Assembly: GCF_001194135.2 (NCBI RefSeq)
Contig: NC_068988.1
Span: 96,852,983 to 96,916,982 of the forward strand
Length of the DNA: 64,000 nt
Reading direction: 5' to 3'
From: Octopus bimaculoides
Taxonomy: Eukaryota
Shown: positions 53,501-64,000 of the stretch, in pieces
Layout of the letters: each line of letters opens with the position of its first letter
Numbering within the stretch: position 1 is the first letter of the stretch
Made by a program: the position numbers and the translations under genes
The notes under the pieces: generated by a model
Told to the model about the DNA's origin: nothing
Database searches by the model: none
The model's input: the letters and a program-made list of their open reading frames with translations, nothing else

Positions 53501-55962
53501 TTGTCTAACCCATGCAAACATAGAAAAGTGGACGTTAAATGATGATGTTCATAAATGTTGATGATTTTATATTTAGTGTACTGAAAGTATGTTTAGTAAT
53601 TAAGCAGTAAACAAATATAATATTAAGTGATAATCAATGTTATTAATTTTGCCTTGAAACCAAGCAAGTGAGGACAACACCCGACTGATTCAGCCTTTAT
53701 AAGATTATATGGATACAGATTCATTGCAGAGACATTCTCTTATTTCACTAATGAGCAATTAAATATACACTGTAGTAAAGATTGTTTGCCAACATAACGT
53801 GGTTTAGGACGAATGTTGCTGTAATTTAGCCCCAGGAGACATCGTCTTCAGCTGGCTATATGGCACGATCTGTCGACACGATTGTGTCATATAGCCAGCT
53901 GGAGACGATGTCTCCTGGGGTTAAATTACAGCAACATTCGTCCTAAACCAGGACGGCCATGTTATGTTGGCAAACAATCTTTACTCCAAAGTACTGTTGC
54001 TGAATATCTCTCGTGAGATTTAAAAATAGTAATTTTCGAAATAAATAATTTCTTGAACATTTACATGGAAAATTTTAAGAAATAGTCTCTTCTTAAAACT
54101 ACAAATTTAGGAAAAATATCGAAATGTATTCTTTGCTTAGTTNNNNNNNNNNNNNNNNNNNNNNNNNNNNNNNNNNNNNNNNNNNNNNNNNNNNNNNNNN
54201 NNNNNNNNNNNNNNNNNNNNNNNNNNNNNNNNNNNNNNNNNNNNNNNNNNNNNNNNNNNNNNNNNNNNNNNNNNNNNNNNNNNNNNNNNNNNNNNNNNNN
54301 NNNNNNNNNNNNNNNNNNNNNNNNNNNNNNNNNNNNNNNNNNNNNNNNNNNNNNNNNNNNNNNNNNNNNNNNNNNNNNNNNNNNNNNNNNNNNNNNNNNN
54401 NNNNNNNNNNNNNNNNNNNNNCTTGAATCGGCCCCCTTTTTTTTTTTTTTCCTTTTCTTCATTATTTATTTCACGTTTCCCGTTTAATAATTTATACTCA
54501 AGAGGGCAGCGAGCTGGCAGAAACGTTAACACGCCGGGCGAAATGCTTAACAGTATTTCGTCTGCCGTTAGGTTCTGAGTTCAAATTCCGCCGAGGTCGA
54601 CTTTGCCTTTCATCCTTTCGGGGTCGATCTAATCGACTGGCCCCTCCCCCGAAATTTCGGGCCTAGAGTAGAAAAGAATAATTTATACTCAAACCAAGTC
54701 TCAAACTCCGAAATATGCATTTAATCTGATCGTCTTCGAGGATTCATACGATTCTGTGTTTTCTATATTTTAAAAAATAGACACATTTATAGTTATCTCA
54801 AATTTGTTTATGTGCAATTGCCAGTACACCATTTTGGGTGTGGCCGTTGCCAGTACCGCCTGACTGGCCTTCGTGCCGGTGGCACGTAAAAGCACCCACT
54901 ACACTCTCGGAGTGGTTGGCATTAGGAAGGGCATCCAGCTGTAGAAACTCTGCCAAATCAGATTGGAGCCTGGTGTAGCCATCTGGTTTCACCAGTCCTC
55001 AGTCAAATCGTCCAACCCATGCTAGCATGGAAAGCGGACGTTAAACGATGATGATGATGATGATGAAGGTATGTGATTGAGCAATTATCGTTATAAGTTG
55101 ATTATTGACCAGCAAATGACTGCTTAAACTAATATTATGCAGTTAAATAAGACCACATTCTCTTTGTAATGTAGCATTATGAACATATTCTCGCAGAATG
55201 TCTGATTGACCGTTACAGTATGTTGTTCATGGAAAAATTCACTTCAATTTCGTTTAGTATCACACTGTTGGACGGTGGACGGTCCATTCATAAGGACATT
55301 TGTAAGGAGACTCACTAAAATGTAGTGGGAGGAAACTCAGTAGTACAGAGTTGCCTCCCTCTAAAAGTGTCTGTCTTGACGCAGATCTATAATTTACAAG
55401 AAATCTTAGCCGTAAACCTTTTTGGATATTATGTGCCCCTTACTTGGTTCTAGGACACTGAACTGCCCCTGAATTTAGATTAGAATCTAAAGGAAAGATC
55501 AGTAACATTATGCCTATAGCTAAATGATTGTCAGAGAAGCAAACTTGAAAAGAACACACACACACACACACATACACATGCATGTACGCACATACATACA
55601 CACACACACACACACATATTGTTCTCCTATTACATCCATGTTTAACTCTGTCAGATGACACAAAACATGTCGTATACATGTATAATATTGCCAAAGGATT
55701 TGGGCATCAGATTTAGTTGCCCTTCCTGTTATTAAGTTTTCATGTGAATCTTATTAACTCTTGATGAGTTCTTTGGTCTTTTATTAACGAGCCCAGCACT
55801 ACCAGGGTTTAACCTCCATTATTTTCACCATCTTTATGTTTCTACCTCTGCCCCTGTTTGACTTTTGCCTGTGTCTTCTTTCTTCAGGACCAATTGCATC
55901 AATATTTTGGGTGGATGAAGAATTATGCAGTGATATATACTTGGATGGTAAGTAAATTCTGT

Positions 55963-55997
<35 letters not shown>

Positions 55998-56704
55998 TAT
56001 AATATGTGCTTACCAACCACATGGTTCCGGGTTCAGTCCCATGCGCGGCACATTGGACAAGTGTCTTCTACTATAGCCTAGGACCGACCAAAGCCTTGTG
56101 AGTGGATTTGGTAGACGGAAACTGATAGAAGTATGTGTGTATATGTTTGTGTGTCTGTGTTTGTGCCCCCACCAACATTGCTTGACAACCGATGCTGGTG
56201 TGTTTACGTCCCCGTAGCTTAGCGCTTCAGCAAAAGAGACCGATGGAATAAGTTACCAGGCTTACAAAGAATAAGTCCTGGGGTCGATTTGCTCGACTAA
56301 AGACTCAAAACTAGCGATTCACATTGTAACCTCTAGAAATAATGGATTATATCTTGAAATATTTTGTCTTATCTTAATTTTTAATGATTTGTTTTGTAGC
56401 TTATTTTTATTGTTTTTCTACTTTTTACAGGTATAATCACTATGATTGATGCCAAACATTGCTTACAGGTAAGATTATTATTATTATTCTTTTGGAAAGG
56501 AAATTGAGAGTGGAGAGGGAAGTGCTGTTCTCAAGTGAGTTTACTGAAAGGTGGGTGGAAGTTGTGAAAATGGCAAGAGTGGATGGTACCCCTCTAAGTG
56601 TAGACCTGTGAGTCAGAGAGAAGGAATTGGAGAGGGCACTTGCTCTTGGGCTGGTTATACGACACTGGCATAAGCCATGGGTTATGGTCTCACTTGGCTC
56701 CCTG

Positions 56705-56735
<31 letters not shown>

Positions 56736-59700
56736 CCAAATCCGTAATCACATGCTGATATGATATTTTTAATTAATCCATGCCGAAACTAATTGATTAA
56801 TAAATTCATTCTATTTCCTCAGTTTTAAAGTTTGTTTTTCTTTGCAGCATCTAAACGAAGTGAAAAAAGATAACCTGGTTAACGAATGTGCAAGGTAAGC
56901 CAAGGTCAGCCAAGACATTGAATTGAGTGTAAAGTAGGGAGAGTTATTTAAGAGAAATAAAAGTCATCTGTTTTTTCCATGCTGGCATGGATCGGACGGT
57001 TTGACAGGAGCTCCAACCAACAGCAGTATGGGAAATGAAGGTCAATTGATGGTGATTATAAACCAGTCTCCCCTGTCTGCTTTGGCATAGTTTCTGTGGC
57101 TGAATCCACTTTCTAATGTCAGCCATTTCACAGAGTGAGCTTGGTGCTTTTTATGTGGCACCAGCACTGGTGAGGTCACCAAGTAACTTGTAAGACAAAG
57201 AGACTCCCTCCCCCCAGCTGAAGTGATGTGGGGGTGGGGGTAGTATTGAAGTTGGTGGCTTTTTGCTTGATGATGAAAGGTTAAAGTATGGTAGACCAAC
57301 AGGAGCAGATGTCTTTCTTGAGAGGAGATATAAATTTTACAAAGGACATAGATTGTTTACTCACACATGTATTACATACTTACTGGATAGCCATGGCTGG
57401 AATGCTCTTTGATTATTAATTGATCCGTTCAATCAGAGTTGACCAACAACAACAATAATAAATAACTTCAATAACACAGTCACCATGACTTACAACCTTA
57501 ACAATCACCTCTCTCATCACCATGACCACCACCACAAATAACAACAATTCTACCTCCAGCAACATCACCGCCACCACCACCACCACCATCATTATATTCA
57601 TTGTCCCTTAAAGTCACATGACTACTGCTACTGCTAATTCTATAACACTGTCAGTACATTCAACAAGGACCATGGCAACAAGTAGGAAGAAAAACAGAAA
57701 AAGAAAAAAAACACCCCAAAAATAAGAAGAAAAAAAAAAGAAATGGCCAACAGTAAAGAATAAATTCAATTTTGAGGCATTTTTGAAGTTTGAGAATCAT
57801 TTCCGTTGAAATGTTGTTGATGTTGTTCTTAATGCTGTTGTAAAGTTTGTAGCTAGCAGTGATGATGATGATGGTGGTGGTGGTGATGTTGTTTCCTTGC
57901 AGTGTGTTCTGATGAGAAAATGATTTTGATTGTGGAGATGTTGCTGCAGGGGAAAGTGGGGGTTTTTTTTTTGTTAGTTTGTGTGTTTTATTTGTCCACA
58001 AGTTTTTAAACATAACTACAGTGATTTTGTTCCACTTACTTCCGCAGATACCATGTCATTGCATGAAGATTATATTCTTAAAACTCTCTTTGTGTGCATG
58101 TATGTGTATGTGTGTGCATATACATACATATATATAATAGAAAAATGTTTCAAAAAGAAAGTAGAAACTACACGTGGGAAAGATATGGGGAAAGTAAGGA
58201 GAATAAAGATAAAAATGCACATTGAATATCAAAAAAATAAAGGCTTTTTTATGAAAAATAGTGATAAATAAATACAATTAGATGAACTGAGGTAGAATTA
58301 AGAGGAATAAAAATCATTATTTTGAATTGTTAAAGAGATTCAAAGTCAGGTACATCAACATGTCAGATGTCAGAATGGCTGGTTACATTAACATGGGGTT
58401 CACAGTGATGTAAAACAACCATGAAAGTAGCAAGTGTTGGTACAATACTGTAGAAATCTAAGCACCAAATCGAATTTAAACCATAGATCTGACTTGGGGT
58501 TGGTTCTAGGTGTGGTGTAGGTATAAGTAAGAACTGAAATGGGGTTTAGAATTTACAACAGCTGTTTCATTAGAACTTTATGGATGTATTCATAGCATAA
58601 ATCCACCATTTTCAAGTAAAAATTGAAACAGGTATAAACAGGTGAGGTAAATTTTTGATGGTGTCATTATCCAACAACAGATAGATAGGTCATCATTCAA
58701 TGTCATAGGATATCCTTTTCTAACTGTTGTTGGTTGCCATCATCAAAGTTTTATATCCCCTGTTTATACCTGTTTAAAATTTTTGTCTGAAGATGGTGGA
58801 TTATATGTTATGATGCAATCTCAAGACAAAGATATCTTTATGCTCATGCACATACATACATAAATAAATATGTACATATTTATCAATTAATAATTGATAA
58901 AAGAATAGGAGTTACATAATCACCTTCATTAGCTTACAGCTGTTTCTGCTGTAAAAAAGCAATTCAATCAGAACTAAGTGCTCGTGCAAGATCATATAGT
59001 TTCCTCAGAGCCATTAAAATGAATATATATTTGCACGCGTGCGTGTGTGTGTGTGTGTATACATGTGTGTGTGTGTGTGTGTATACATGTGTGTGTGTGT
59101 GTGTATCTATATATATAGCTATATATGTGTATATATATATAATTGTCTTTTACATTTCATATGCTTGTAGACAGATTGCATTGGCTGATCTTGTGGTTAT
59201 CAATAAAGTGGATCTGGTCTCAAAAACAGAACTCTCACAGGTGAAGGAGAGAATATCGTAAGTTAGCCAATAATTTTGCTGCATTTGCAACTCTCTCCAT
59301 CTCCCCTCTTTCTCTCTTGCTCTTCTTCTCTACTTCCCCCTCTCTCTCATCATCTAGTGCCTCTCTTTCTTTTTCTCTCTCTTATTATATTTAAGGTTTT
59401 GCTTGTGTCTGAATATTATACTTCAATGAGAATCAAAACTATGAAAGTCGTCTCTTGGGTGGAAAGTGCAAGATTTAATTATTCTTTAATACACTCAAAC
59501 AAAATGGATTCCAATGGATCTTTATTTCATTTTAATATTCATCATGCAAGATTCTTGGTACTTCGTTAGGAAAGACAAAATCACTACAGTCTTGGAATGG
59601 TTGGCGTTAGGAAGGGCATCCAGCTGTAGAAACACTTCCAGATCAGATTGGGGCCTGGTGCAGCCTCCTGGCTTCCCAGACCCCTGTCGAACTGCCCAAC

Positions 59701-60531
59701 CCATGCCAGCATAGAAAACGGACGTTAAACGATGATGATGATATATGCAGCTAGACCCATTGCCTGATTTCCTTCCCAAGACATCTCTGTGACCCTTTAC
59801 TTCTCTATCTACAGCTCTGAAGTTGTTCCTAGATACCCCTAATCTTTCTCACTACCCAGAATCATTTCATTTGCTATCTGCCCCTCACTGTTAATATTGT
59901 CCTCTCCACCCACATTTTGCACTAATCATCAAATCATCTCCCCACAATATGTCTCTCATTCTCCCCATGCACTGTATCTGTCTCTCTCTCTCTCTCTCAG
60001 CAAGGTCATCGAGTACAATACCGTGAAGTGGTTGGTTGTGGGGGTGGGGCGTCCAGCTGTGGAGACCAAGGTGAAAGAGATATTGGGGCATGATGCAGTC
60101 CTTGGACTCACTGGATCCTGTGAAACCATCCAACTCAGGCCAACACGAAGCATGCACATTAATTAGTGATGATGATGATGATGGTGACAGTGACACCTGT
60201 ACATATATGTTGGGCTTCCACACAGTTTCCATTTACCAAATTCACTCACATGGCATTGGTTGGAAGACAATTGCCTGAGGTGCCATGAAATGGGACTGAA
60301 CCAGAAACCTCACAAAAGCAGGATTTGCATCACACACACACACACACACACCTGTCTGTCTGTCTGTTGGTTGATTGAGAGATCAGTTTGTCTATCTGTC
60401 TACAAGCATATTTATGTGTGTGTGTGTGTCTGTCTCTGTGTGTGTGTATATGTATATATATGAGTGTATGTATATATATATGTCTTTGTATATGAGTCTG
60501 TGTGTGTGTATTATGTATGTATATATGTGTA

Positions 60532-60583
<52 letters not shown>

Positions 60584-63500
60584 CATACATACATATAATG
60601 TCAATTTGTATTGTTCTAGAGAGAAGTAAGTGCCAAAATTGGTTGGCCAAACTAAGAGAGTGATGATGATGATGATGATGATGTTGGCAAGAAATGACAA
60701 AGCTCACACATTCAGTACTCTGATGATAAAGTAAAGAACAAAAGCGAGAGAGAGAGAGTAAATGGCTGTTGGCTAAGAGAGTTTTGGTTTTGCTACATGT
60801 ATTAGGACACAGCTTTTAAATTCCAATATGCATGGAATCCATACAAGTCTTGATTTAAATAAAAACTATCAAGAAATGAATGTAGAAGATTTTACACACC
60901 CTACCAACCAACCAACCAACTGATTTGGTAACAAAGAAACGGTAAAAAAAAAAAAAAAGACAAAAATGGAACTTAAAGAAGGCAGGGTATCAACGGAAAG
61001 AAAGTAAAGAGAGAGGGGTGGGTCGGTAGGGTGGAGGGAGAGACATTGTGATTGCCGTAAGATGGTTGCAATGAATTGGAATGTTGTAGAGTTTTCTCTC
61101 TTTTTATTATTTCTGGAGCTTCAATCTACATGTGGTTGCCGAAAGCTTCAGAATGTTTGTATGTGTGTGTGTGTGTGGGTGTGTGTGCATGTGTGTATAT
61201 GTACACCCGTCGGATGTGTGTCTGTACACCCATAGGATATATGTATGCGTGCTTGTGTGCATGTGTGTATATGTAAATTCATAGGATGTGTATTTCTGTA
61301 TGCATACACCCACACACATAAACATGTATGCACACACACACACTCCCACACTACTTTCACAGTTTGTATATATTTGTGTGTGTGTGTATATGTTGGTGTA
61401 TTCCTGCATGTTCTGATATCAATTCATTGTGCTCCAGCTGGTCGTTGAATCTATAAGAATCAGTGGTTTTCTATATTACCCCTGGCACTGGTCTCTGATC
61501 CCTGGTCAACATCTTCAAAACTTTCAAAGAACCAAAATCCCTGGTTTAAAAATAAATTCCATGGAAATGGTTTGATTCCTGTTTACCATCATAATTAACT
61601 GCTGCTGTTGAACCAGTAATGAAGCCTCTAATTGGCTGCGTGACCTACTAGAAATAGCAACCAGATTTTTCTCAATTCTTATCTTATTATCATCTTAAGT
61701 CCTGTCATCATCATCATCATCATTAAATGTGCTTTTTTGATGTTGGCATGAGTTAGAGGAGTTGAAATAGGTGGTGAATGCCGAGGACTGCATCAAGCTT
61801 CAATGTTTCTGGAATGAAATGAAAGATGAGAGAACAAAACAGACCATTGGTTAGTGGTGTATGAAAATGTTGGTTACGCTTGGTTTGAAGTTGGTAACAG
61901 GAAGATGACGTTGCTGGCTGTAGAATCCAGACGGAAGAACTTATGTCCAACCCATGCCAGCACAGCAAAACAATGGGCACAAAAAATATGATTATAATGA
62001 TGATATCTGTGTGTGTGTGTGTGTACATATACACTGTGCTTCTGCATAGTTTCCGCTACTAACCAAATTTCATTCTTGAGACCACAAGGCAACTTCAAGC
62101 TATGGTAGAGAAGACATTTACCAAAGACACTTGCTTTTCATTGGGATTGAACCTGAAAACATTTGGTTGTGATGTAAACGTTATTATCACTGAGCCATGG
62201 CTTTTTTAAAATCTGAGACTCCTATTTCCAAAACCTTCTCATTAACTATTTTCTTTCTTTTTTCTTTCTCCCACCCATTCCATCCATCCATCCATTCATC
62301 CGTCGAGCCAATGTTTCTGTTTCTCTGGAAGCACTAAATGAGAAAATTCTTCCATTTTGTTCTTGTTATTATTGTTCCCACCTTACTCCCCCCACACCCA
62401 ACCCAAACTCTGGCACTTCCTTAGAACAACTAACATTAGGAAATGAAATGACTCCACCTTGCCAAGAAGAACAATCTAGAACCAAGAATTTACCATTTCA
62501 CCAATTCTCCATTTCCTTTTTAAGAAGACCTTAAAGGGAAAAAGAATTTAAATATATATATATATGTATATATATGTATGCACATACGCACGCACACACA
62601 CACACACACACACATATGTGCACATACACTCACACACACACACACACGCATACATACATATATAAAAACAGTAAACTTTCAATAAAACTATTTTCTTAAA
62701 ATGAAATACTAACAACAGCAACAACATGCTTTTTTCTGCATGTGTGGGTGTCTGTGTGTTTGTTGGTACATGTGTGTGTGTGTGTACATTCATGAGTGTG
62801 TATGTTAGACTGTGTACATTTTTATGCATGCGGCTATGTATGTATGGATGTATGTGAGTGTTTGTCTTTGTGTAGATAAAAAAAAAAACTCTAGCAACAA
62901 CAACAAATATAAAGATAAAAAAAAAAGTTAATAAAATTTTCAAATAAGACCATAAAAATAAATTACTTGGAAGAGAGTGAAATGAAATCTGTTCGTTTGC
63001 ATATCGTTTGACTTTTTGTTAGTGTAAGGAGTGGAGGGGGTGGTATTTAGGATGTGTATTTGTGAGTGGGTGGAGGTTAGAGCACCCCACCCAAATACAC
63101 AGACAGCTATGCATGCGCAGACATACACACATATATGTACACATGCATACATAGACATAGAAATGCACATACATGCACACATGCGTATGTGCACGTGTAT
63201 ATATGCATGTGTGCACACCTCTCGCATACTACATACATAGCTATTGCACACACAGCTCATAAAATAAGAACCAGGCTTAAAAAGAAAGTAAAAAATGAAA
63301 ATAAAGTCCCTGGGATCGATTCATTTAACTAAAAATGTTTCAAGGCAGTGCTCCAGCATGGTCGCAGTCTAATGTATGATATGTAAGCACATTGATACAA
63401 AACAAGGTGGGGAAAATAGTACTTGAATACCAAAGGTAGAGTAAAATATGATTTAATTAAAGCTGAAAAACAGTTTGCAAAGATTTTTCTGGCTTTAATA

Positions 63501-63691
63501 AAACAGCATCTTTTATTTTATTTTATTTTATTTTATATTATATTATTTTATATTATATTATGTTATGTTATATTATGTTATGTTATGTTATATTTATGTA
63601 TTTTATAAGGACTTAACACTTTATTCATCTTATTTCATGTTTCCAGGACTATAAACTCTTTGGCAGAACTGATTGAAACCACTTATGGCAG
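50517..63691 (+). CDS. ZNG1: COG0523/CobW-family zinc metallochaperone GTPase (ZNG1/CBWD); 3' end lies beyond the window
   Basis: 9 exons: 50517-50601, 51040-51126, 51903-51999, 52980-53071, 55888-55947, 56431-56468, 56848-56894, 59171-59257, 63647-63691; GT-AG, phases consistent. Walker A GFLGAGKTT, NEFGE, metal-binding GCLCC, Walker [11 protein letters not shown]4 NKVD. An acceptor at 50498-50499 shows that a non-coding exon lies upstream. Confidence 0.95.
51115..51210 (+). repeat. 18-bp tandem repeat (5 copies + 6 bp) spanning the ZNG1 exon 2 donor
   Basis: Unit AATTTGGAGAAGGTAATT; five identical copies. Confidence 0.97.
51427..51647 (+). repeat. Dispersed repeat core, copy 2
   Basis: Same orientation as 7510-7730. 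Confidence 0.95.
52258..52595. repeat. Degenerate fold-back / MITE in ZNG1 intron 3
   Basis: GTTAAAAACACAAAA...GTGAGAATGC...TGTCAGTAGCAT pairs with ATGCTACTGACA...GCATTCTCAC...TTTTGTGTTTTTAAAC. Confidence 0.75.
53774..53985. repeat. Near-perfect inverted repeat (fold-back), arms of 97 and 106 bp
   Basis: 53774-53870 pairs with 53880-53985, with 5 substitutions and one 9-nt insertion. Confidence 0.95.
54502..54676 (+). mobile_element. Young SINE family A insertion with a 16-bp target-site duplication
   Basis: AATAATTTATACTCAA at 54486-54501 and at 54677-54692 flanks an intact, CpG-rich copy. Confidence 0.9.
54810..55066 (+). mobile_element. SINE/LINE-tail family C ending in (GAT)n
   Basis: GGCATTAGGAAGGGCATCCAGCTGTAGAAACTCTGCC...CCAACCCATGCTAGCATGGAAAGCGGACGTTAAACGATGATGATG. 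Further copies at ~46705-46856, ~45380-45660, ~59595-59722 and ~30345-30500. An RTE-LINE origin of the tail is an inference. Confidence 0.8.
56008..56300 (+). mobile_element. SINE family B copy
   Basis: Aligns by eye to the 26001 copy. Confidence 0.85.
58591..58812. repeat. Degenerate fold-back / MITE in ZNG1 intron 7
   Basis: AATCCACCAT...AAACAGGTATAAACAGG...CCAACAACAG pairs with CTGTTGTTGG...CCTGTTTATACCTGTTT...ATGGTGGATT. Confidence 0.75.
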
Positions 63692-64000
63692 GTGAGTTAA
63701 TTTGGATTTTTGTTGTTGTTGATATTCTAGTTACTCCTTGGTTTGTCCCTGATTGAGAAGACCTATTGATCCAAGGCATTCCACACGACCACCCTGTCTT
63801 TCTTTGAGGGACATAGGACTATATTGTTTGATGCGTTCTTTCCTTCTACTTTCCTGTGTAAACATGTCTGGCCATTGGGGAAATATTACTTTTCTTGGAA
63901 ACGGATGATGGTTGGTGGCAGAAAATATCCTTCAAACTTTGACTCGCACAAGCATGGAAAAGTTTACATTTTCAAAAAAAAAAAAAAATTTTTAGGAGGA

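Noticed and set aside
27351-63691. Apparent trace-element cluster (Se factor, Zn-binding DHHC enzyme, Zn chaperone)
   Set aside because: No shared pathway is established, and adjacency of housekeeping genes explains it.

Overview
AT-rich, microsatellite-dense animal genomic DNA with six N-gaps. The repeat landscape (dense CA/TA/GA tracts, recurring tRNA-like SINEs, (GAT)n-tailed SINEs) looks like a coleoid cephalopod, most likely Octopus; this is an inference. Four protein-coding genes were rebuilt by hand from GT-AG junctions with consistent phases. (1) A 5'-truncated adhesion GPCR (C-type lectin, HRM, GAIN/GPS, 7TM; latrophilin-like), + strand, 17 exons, 1451-16077. (2) TRNAU1AP/SECp43, - strand, 10 exons, 27351-38369. 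(3) An intronless ZDHHC16 ORF, + strand, 40642-41790. (4) ZNG1/CBWD zinc-chaperone GTPase, + strand, from 50517, running off the window after exon 9. The rest is SINEs plus decayed RTE, Penelope, pogo and mariner elements and MITEs. No CRISPR, rRNA, tRNA or prokaryote-type system is supported. Best leads: a 5x tandem duplication of a ZNG1 splice donor in which every extra donor adds a stop codon; a possible shared-leader or nested arrangement of intronless ZDHHC16 with ZNG1; a ~97-bp intronic hairpin whose mismatches are all G-U on the sense strand; a 179-bp identical core shared by two otherwise diverged repeats 44 kb apart; and an unexplained promoter-like GC block in TRNAU1AP intron 1. All alignments and counts were done by eye.
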